From the IMG/VR virus record IMGVR_UViG_3300020043_003881, positions 1-31,398 of that record: a stretch of 31,398 nucleotides of DNA; one strand, 5' to 3'. Below the pieces are notes generated by a model. That model was not told the DNA's origin. It made no database searches and saw only the letters and a list, made by a program, of their open reading frames with translations. This DNA comes from a virus. Taxonomy: Duplodnaviria; Caudoviricetes. Shown piece after piece: positions 26,141-31,398 of this stretch. The number at the start of each line of letters is the position of its first letter. Position 1 is the stretch's first letter. The position numbers were made by a program, and so were the translations under genes.

Positions 26141-26677
26141 GGGCTCCCAATAAATTTGTGACCCACGATAATAATTCTTTGTCATCTCTCGTTTGCCTGT
26201 AGTGAAATGCTTGTCTGTTAGAATAAAATAATTATTTGGCAGAAGAGCAAAGTGACCACCATCTACAATTAATAAACTTAAAGGCTTATGTTCTTGCGGA
26301 TGTTTAGCAAAGGCGTCGTCCCAGTCTACAATGATTCCTGTATGTCTGCCTTTCTGTGGTCCAAAGCGAAGCTCTACAGATAAGCCACCAAGATATTCTA
26401 GTTCAGATATCTTTAGATCTCTACCCATGCAGCCCCAAGGCTGAAGAATAGCTTGATCAACCTGGGGCCCTACCCAGTCTTCTGTGCGAAGCAAGTGTAA
26501 CGGAATGCCGCTCCAGTTTGCTCCAGTGTCTAACAAAACATGAGTTAAAAGAGCCTGACCTTCTCTGCCGTATATTCCGTGTAAAAGCCCTCGTGTATAA
26601 CCTTCGGGCATCTTGGGACCGAGCAACGCATTAGGTACAGAAACGTAAAAATGCTGAGGCAAGGTTTTGTGATTCAT
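26138..26677 (-). CDS. Hypothetical phage protein between scaffold and MCP
   Basis: 179 aa, ATGA overlap with scaffold stop; contains VLLDTGA, LQPWGC, EHK and LPNN motifs. Confidence 0.8.
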   Translation of the reverse strand: MNHKTLPQHFYVSVPNALLGPKMPEGYTRGLLHGIYGREGQALLTHVLLDTGANWSGIPLHLLRTEDWVGPQVDQAILQPWGCMGRDLKISELEYLGGLSVELRFGPQKGRHTGIIVDWDDAFAKHPQEHKPLSLLIVDGGHFALLPNNYFILTDKHFTTGKREMTKNYYRGSQIYWEP

Positions 26678-27450
26678 TTCATACCGTTAGCTTTGTGCCA
26701 ATTATATGCTTCCATAGCATTTTTAAACTTTGGAGCAGCAGCAACAGCGGTTCTGCTACCTACAGAAGATTTAAGTGCAGTATCTTTTCTAGCAGCTTTT
26801 GCTTCTGCTATTTTAGATCTTTCTACATCTAAAGCCTGTGATCCTAGTTTTGCTTTTACAATGTAAAACGCATCTTCCAACTTAAGCTCTGGTCTCTGTG
26901 CTAAAAGCTCCAATACTGGGCCTCGGTAAGTAGGATCAGTAAGCTCAGGATTCTTAGCTTTAAAATCATCCAACTGCAATTTTCTTTGCTGTACTTCTAA
27001 CTCTTTCTGAGCTGGCTCTAGCATCTGCTTTAGCATCAATCCAGCTTGTCTCTGAATCTCTGCCTTCATTCCGTTAGGATCAAAGAGGTCGTACTCTTCT
27101 TCTACATTTATTTTATTTAGCTGCTCTGCAAGTGGGCCTCTCATAATGTGCTCATTCTTGCGGTACATCTCGGCTTCTTTATCTTCAAGTGATTTTCTTA
27201 TGTTAGAAATCTCCTGAGTCTTTCTTGTGTAATCTGCTCTAATATTTGCTAAATGTTTTCGTACATCCTCTGGTACGTGTTGCATCCAGTGTGAGAGCGG
27301 CTTCATTCCTTTATGAGAATCTTCTGCTTTAAACTCTGGATACTGCTCGTCATCTATATTGAGCAAATCTTCTAGGGTTATATTATCTGGTAAACCACTA
27401 TCTTCTACTGAGGTATTGTCCTGAACGACAGTCTCGTTGTTTTCTGACAT
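26674..27450 (-). CDS. Capsid scaffolding protein
   Basis: 258 aa; acidic N-terminus, ADYTRKTQEIS motif, coiled coil, LEDAFYIV and short C-terminal helix; upstream of MCP. Confidence 0.75.
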   Translation of the reverse strand: MSENNETVVQDNTSVEDSGLPDNITLEDLLNIDDEQYPEFKAEDSHKGMKPLSHWMQHVPEDVRKHLANIRADYTRKTQEISNIRKSLEDKEAEMYRKNEHIMRGPLAEQLNKINVEEEYDLFDPNGMKAEIQRQAGLMLKQMLEPAQKELEVQQRKLQLDDFKAKNPELTDPTYRGPVLELLAQRPELKLEDAFYIVKAKLGSQALDVERSKIAEAKAARKDTALKSSVGSRTAVAAAPKFKNAMEAYNWHKANGMK

Positions 27451-27472
27451 TTTTTATTCCTTATTTTTTTTA

Positions 27473-27625
27473 TTATTTTTTATCTTTCTTTTTATCAACT
27501 TTAAATGGGCCTTTCTTTTTCTTCATCTGCTCATAGACTTTTGGATCGATTGTAGAATCTTTCTTAGATCTTGGTCCGCCTTTCTTTTCTCTAGACTTGC
27601 GGATGTTTTCGTAAAGATTGCTCAT
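27473..27625 (-). CDS. Small lysine-rich 50-aa protein (absent from ORF track)
   Basis: Hand translation MSNLYENIRKSREKKGGPRSKKDSTIDPKVYEQMKKKKGPFKVDKKKDKK; TAATG coupling to the upstream gene; fills the gap before scaffold. Confidence 0.8.
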   Translation of the reverse strand: MSNLYENIRKSREKKGGPRSKKDSTIDPKVYEQMKKKKGPFKVDKKKDKK

Positions 27626-28167
27626 TACATTCTATCCATCATCATTGCGTCAGCGTCTTCTTCGGTCATCATTTCAGCTTCTGGAGCTTCCATTTCCATC
27701 TCCATTTCTTCAGGCTGCTCTTCTTGTAAGAATCTTTTAAATTCTCTATCTCGAGCAAGCATTTCTATTTTACCAGAAAGTGACATTAATTCTGCATCAG
27801 ATCTTATTGATCCCAAGTCTATTTTCATCTCTGGGTTTAAAATACCAGCTTCAATAGCATCGTCAACTGCGGCAACAAACATAGCAAGCACTCTAACAAG
27901 ATCGGTTGGCAATACATTTGTGTCCATAATCTTTGGATACGAGGGGTCTTGTCCAAAAAGAACCAAAAGTTTATTTGTATTCTTAACCAAAGGATCGAGA
28001 GCCCTTGAAGTGAAAGAGCCTTTAGGAGCCATTGCAGCATAAGTTTCCTCGTCTTCCATTTCTAGTTCATTAAGCTCTTCTGCTACAGGTGAAGATCCTG
28101 GCGCTCTACCGCCAATCTGTATCTCTACTTCTACGTTTGGTTTCTTTTTCATCATGTCTTTCATCAT
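27625..28167 (-). CDS. Acidic Met/Glu-rich hypothetical protein in head module
   Basis: 180 aa, AAGGAG RBS; EEMEMEMEAPEAEMMTEED tail. Confidence 0.8.
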   Translation of the reverse strand: MMKDMMKKKPNVEVEIQIGGRAPGSSPVAEELNELEMEDEETYAAMAPKGSFTSRALDPLVKNTNKLLVLFGQDPSYPKIMDTNVLPTDLVRVLAMFVAAVDDAIEAGILNPEMKIDLGSIRSDAELMSLSGKIEMLARDREFKRFLQEEQPEEMEMEMEAPEAEMMTEEDADAMMMDRM

Positions 28168-28180
28168 GTTAATCTCCTTT

Positions 28181-28651
28181 TTAAATTGTTATTTTTTCGT
28201 TGAATGTTTCATGAAGAGAACCATCAAGGCAAGCTTCGGTTGTGAAAGTTTCTGTCATAGCCCTGATTTTATCGCCGCCATATTCAGTAACCTTACTATT
28301 ATAGGTATCTGTCAACCTATCTTGCTCTTTTATTTTTTCTATTTTTTTAGCTTGCTGATCTTCCCACCAATGTGGAGCTAGATCAGATTCAGAAACGAAA
28401 CCTTTTGCCTCAAGTATCTTTGCTTCTTCTCTTTTAGAATGTACTTTTTTACCGAGTGCGTGAGAATGAAATCCCTGTCCCTCTAACCCGGCGTTCCAGC
28501 CCCCATTCCACAATGTGCTAGTTTTTGCGAGTAGAGGCGGGAGTTTTTTCATAGATATATCGCAGGCAGTACAGATAACTTCTGTTTCTTTTCTAATAAA
28601 TTTTTCTACTTTAGCTCCGCAAACGGGGCAATGGAAATCGAATATTGGCAT
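28181..28651 (-). CDS. FmdB-like zinc-ribbon protein
   Basis: MPIFDFHCPVCG...CTAC N-terminal zinc ribbon; immediately downstream of portal. Confidence 0.8.
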   Translation of the reverse strand: MPIFDFHCPVCGAKVEKFIRKETEVICTACDISMKKLPPLLAKTSTLWNGGWNAGLEGQGFHSHALGKKVHSKREEAKILEAKGFVSESDLAPHWWEDQQAKKIEKIKEQDRLTDTYNSKVTEYGGDKIRAMTETFTTEACLDGSLHETFNEKITI

Positions 28652-28661
28652 TTTTTATCCT

Positions 28662-30296
28662 TTATTGTAGTGATTGCGCTAAGGCTTCTGCATCGCTTAT
28701 ATTGGTTTCTACACCGCCTTCGATGTTCTCTATGTCTGCGGCTGAAGGAGCGGCTACAGGTGCCTCTGGAGGCGCTGGAATAGCCTCTAGGAAGGTCTTT
28801 GGAAGCTCGTATGCTCTGATGATTTCTTCTTTTATTTTTTCTGGTGGTACGCCCAGACCTTGTAGTGTTGGTAGTAAACTTAAAAGATTTTGTTTTCTTA
28901 TTGCATCAGATAGTGGAGTGCTTCCCTGGTCTAAAGCATTGATTCTAAACTTACCTTCCAAGTCTGCTGGTGTAATTACTTTGCCTTCGCCTTCGACGTT
29001 AAGTACAGCTTTATCGCCATCTTCTGCAAGTAGAACTAGTGTTCTGATATAGACGTTAACTATATTCTCTAACGAGTTATCACGTTCTCTTGCTAGTTTA
29101 CCAATTTCACTTGCAGAATATTGAGCTAATGCTGTAATTTCTGTTGCAGTTGCTTTAGTAGCCTCTCCTCTAGCAAATGGTGCAAGTGAAGATCCTCTAT
29201 TAATATCTGACTCGATTGCTGCAAGATATCTGTCAAAGTTAGATGATATTGGTTCTACGCCAACAGGCATTATAATACCTGACAAGGTATCTGAATCTAC
29301 GCCAATCATAGCGCCGTCGATACCAGCAGTAATCTTTGCCAAAGCTTCTTCATCAATCATGCCTTCTCTGTAAAGATACTGTCTGCTGTCTCTTCTAACT
29401 GCGTTTGCCCAGTATGTTCTTAAAATATTTTTTTCATAAAACTGGTCGTATAATCTTGCAAGTGAGCTTAAACCTTCCATTGGTTTAGATGGCGACCTGC
29501 TATAAAAAAGCGGAACAATTGGTGCGAGTGGTAAATCATTGTATGTTCTAACAGGAATCTCTGAACGAAGAATTAGACCGTCACCATTCTTGTAGGATGG
29601 CGACCAGTAGTAAACTTCGTTGTGTAGTAGGTCGTATAGCTCAACGATTTCTATGTAAAGATAATCATCTGGTAGATCATTGTAGTCTTGCTTTGTGTAG
29701 CTTACTGGACCGCCGCCTTCATCAAAATAGTTTTCTTTAGGAACTGCAACAAACTTTTTAGCCCCAAATTTTCTTTTTGCTTCTACCATGTTTAGGTAGT
29801 AAGTGTGTCCAATAAATCTTTGATCAGATGCTGCTGTTGCATCTCTATCTAATATTACTTCCCAGCAAGGTATTGCTGTAATTGTTGCTTTGTCTAGCAT
29901 TTCATCTGATTCTGCAGGGCTTAGCTTAAGCGCAGAGTAAGGATAGATAAGTGCAAGTCTTGATGCTATCTCAAATTGTTCTCTCTGATTATAAAGAAAT
30001 CTATTTGCTGCTGCTTGAGCTAGCTTTGGATCACCACCTGTTGCAGCTAAATCTGCACCGATAACAACTGAAGGAGACTTGGAGAATAGAGAAGAAATAT
30101 AGCTTTCGATGAAGCCATAAGCATCTGCAGTCTCAACACGAATCATTGTCGTGTCATACATCTCTTCCTTCCAAAATTTAGACTCGTATGCATTTTTATA
30201 TCTTTTTAAATCTCCGGCTTGCTGTTTCCAGAATTCTTTGTGGTCCGAGAAGATAATTTTTATAAATTTCTGTATGTCGTCGTTATTTCTGGCCAT
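28662..30296 (-). CDS. Portal protein
   Basis: 544 aa; follows terL on the circle; ARGEATKATATEI motif typical of podovirus portals. Confidence 0.85.
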   Translation of the reverse strand: MARNNDDIQKFIKIIFSDHKEFWKQQAGDLKRYKNAYESKFWKEEMYDTTMIRVETADAYGFIESYISSLFSKSPSVVIGADLAATGGDPKLAQAAANRFLYNQREQFEIASRLALIYPYSALKLSPAESDEMLDKATITAIPCWEVILDRDATAASDQRFIGHTYYLNMVEAKRKFGAKKFVAVPKENYFDEGGGPVSYTKQDYNDLPDDYLYIEIVELYDLLHNEVYYWSPSYKNGDGLILRSEIPVRTYNDLPLAPIVPLFYSRSPSKPMEGLSSLARLYDQFYEKNILRTYWANAVRRDSRQYLYREGMIDEEALAKITAGIDGAMIGVDSDTLSGIIMPVGVEPISSNFDRYLAAIESDINRGSSLAPFARGEATKATATEITALAQYSASEIGKLARERDNSLENIVNVYIRTLVLLAEDGDKAVLNVEGEGKVITPADLEGKFRINALDQGSTPLSDAIRKQNLLSLLPTLQGLGVPPEKIKEEIIRAYELPKTFLEAIPAPPEAPVAAPSAADIENIEGGVETNISDAEALAQSLQ

Positions 30297-30310
30297 ATTT
30301 CCGTGTCCTC

Positions 30311-30331
30311 ACTATTAGTGAATTAGTCAAG
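30311..30331 (-). promoter_or_regulatory. Class II motif (putative late promoter for portal operon)
   Basis: CTTGACTAATTCACTAATAGT followed by GAGG; nearly identical to the 8001-8021 copy. Confidence 0.7.
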
Positions 30332-30333
30332 TG

Positions 30334-30543
30334 CTAGTAGATATAAAAAGCTTCATGAAACAAAAGTTTCAATTGTTCTTCTGGCTGTAACCAATCAAGA
30401 ACATGCTCTTTCCTGATAGGATAATTGCTGCGACCATCGGCCTCTTGTATTGACCACTCTCCAGCGGGTGAGCGCCAGTCTGGCATATGAAACACTACTT
30501 TGCGGATTCCAACGTCTATAATTTTTTTATCTTTGTTATTCAT
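30334..30543 (-). CDS. Hypothetical protein
   Basis: 69 aa, AGGGGA RBS, between cassette A and portal. Confidence 0.65.
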   Translation of the reverse strand: MNNKDKKIIDVGIRKVVFHMPDWRSPAGEWSIQEADGRSNYPIRKEHVLDWLQPEEQLKLLFHEAFYIY

Positions 30544-30589
30544 TATAGTCCCCTAGGGGCGCTGCCCCATTGATATTATACGAGGGCTA

Positions 30590-30752
30590 TTACCGACAAA
30601 ATATATATCCAGGCCATTTTTCTTTGTCGGTAAATACCAGCGGGCAGAGCCCTTTTGCGTGTGGTTGCCTTGCCACTCCTTCAGGGCTTCCAGCCACTTG
30701 CTCTAGCAATATATAAAGGAGTGAGGAGCAAAATTTGTCTAGATTATTTTTA
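30590..30752 (-). other. Non-coding cassette A (also at 1-160, truncated by 3 nt)
   Basis: TAGACA-N17-CTTTATAT 30741-30711; GGCT-GGA-AGCC 30685-30695; GGCAAG 30669-30674; GGGC-TCT-GCCC 30642-30652; perfect 11-bp IR TTACCGACAAA 30590-30600 / TTTGTCGGTAA 30623-30633. Confidence 0.85.
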
Positions 30753-31398
30753 GTATCTTTGTTTTTTTCCGATGGCAGCACCACCAGAAGCGATTGTCCG
30801 CTGCACTTGTCTAGCACCAATCCAGTTTGGTAAAAATGGTTTTACTTTTAATGTTACCTGATTAATACAAACATAAGCAAGAGCCATTGCTAATGCAGAG
30901 TCTGCGTGTGAATCCATGTTGTCTGGCAACTCTACAGATCCTTTATCTGTTAACTGTAGGGCTCGTAGCTCTTGGTAAGTAATCATATCTATTGTTCTAA
31001 TATAACCATCCTGTATTACTTGCTTTAAATTTTCAAACATTTCTGTTTTTGATTTAGATGTAGTTAACCAATCTTTACCATCGCGCTTCCATGTGTTATA
31101 ATATCCTAGGTGTCCTAGCTCATTTAAAACAACGTTGCCAAAGTTATTAGACTCAATTAGCACTAATGCTTTATTGTAATCTGTAGCAATTTCTTGTAAG
31201 CGTTTAGCAAGAGCTGTAGGGATAATTAGCTTGGAACGGTAGATAGCAACGCAATTATATGTTTTTTTACTAACAACATAAATTACAGAGTAGTCTCTAT
31301 TGACACCAGCAGCTACGTCTACGCCAATGGCGTAGGCGTCATCTTTATCTGGCCTACAGAAAACATTCCATTCTATTGGCTCTACAGGAACGATATCG
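30593..31398. repeat. Terminal direct repeat, right copy (matches 1-806)
   Basis: Ungapped match to 1-806 with 20 substitutions. Confidence 0.97.
30750..31398 (-). CDS. terL: Terminase large subunit, C-terminal part (redundant copy, runs off window end)
   Basis: Encodes the same peptide as 158-806. Confidence 0.95.
   Translation of the reverse strand, partial: DIVPVEPIEWNVFCRPDKDDAYAIGVDVAAGVNRDYSVIYVVSKKTYNCVAIYRSKLIIPTALAKRLQEIATDYNKALVLIESNNFGNVVLNELGHLGYYNTWKRDGKDWLTTSKSKTEMFENLKQVIQDGYIRTIDMITYQELRALQLTDKGSVELPDNMDSHADSALAMALAYVCINQVTLKVKPFLPNWIGARQVQRTIASGGAAIGKKQRY

Noticed and set aside
25966-26166. ORFs across the cassettes (25966-26166, 30590-30820, 2760-2963) that appear to share an LD(K/D)F...LYI peptide
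   Set aside because: The similarity comes from the DNA motif. In B and D the same frame has an in-frame stop just upstream and no start, D stops three codons after LYI, and several third codon positions are invariant, indicating nucleotide-level constraint
1425-29052. Numerous + strand ORFs antisense to structural genes (e.g. 1425-1742, 14739-15131, 18697-19068, 27437-28042, 28645-29052)
   Set aside because: Shadow ORFs of well-supported minus-strand genes, with Ser/Phe/Ile-biased composition and no RBS
30549-30568. Alternative hairpins GGGGC-AGC-GCCCC versus CCCC-TA-GGGG at the RBS of the 69-aa gene, as a possible switch
   Set aside because: The competing stem is only 3-4 bp with a very small loop, too weak to support a claim
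1-31398. Stop-codon reassignment, tRNA genes, introns/inteins, reverse transcriptase/DGR, integrase/att site
   Set aside because: Genes tile densely under the standard code, core genes are uninterrupted and of normal size, and I saw no cloverleaf, RT or recombinase motifs

Overview
Essentially one complete, circularly permuted genome of an AT-rich tailed phage with a podovirus-like gene set. The unit length is 30,592 bp: positions 1-806 recur at 30593-31398 with 20 substitutions, all 18 coding ones synonymous. Nearly all genes are on the minus strand: terminase, portal, scaffold, major capsid, decoration protein, adaptor, nozzle, three related fibre/baseplate-like proteins, three internal virion proteins (one of 1966 aa), receptor-binding-like proteins, holin and an M15 endolysin. 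There are also four free-standing endonucleases (GIY-YIG, HNH, 2x endonuclease VII-like), an ECF-sigma-like protein and a sigma-region-4-only protein. I can recognise no DNA polymerase, primase, helicase, SSB, Rep, integrase or repressor. The most striking unexplained signal is a family of four dispersed non-coding cassettes (about 2795-3005, 17010-17174, 25989-26140, 30590-30752). Each has an A-tract, an exactly spaced bipartite motif TRGACRAWTT-N8-CANTCCTTTATAT, small hairpins (collinear, with compensatory changes, in three of the four copies) and an ACC(T/G)ACA...TGT(A/C)GG inverted repeat. They are candidate phage-sigma-driven replication-priming sites or a multicopy ncRNA family. A second, different motif (CTTGACT-type) sits in front of five structural operons. 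Protein calls come from motif recognition and gene order only; no database search was run.
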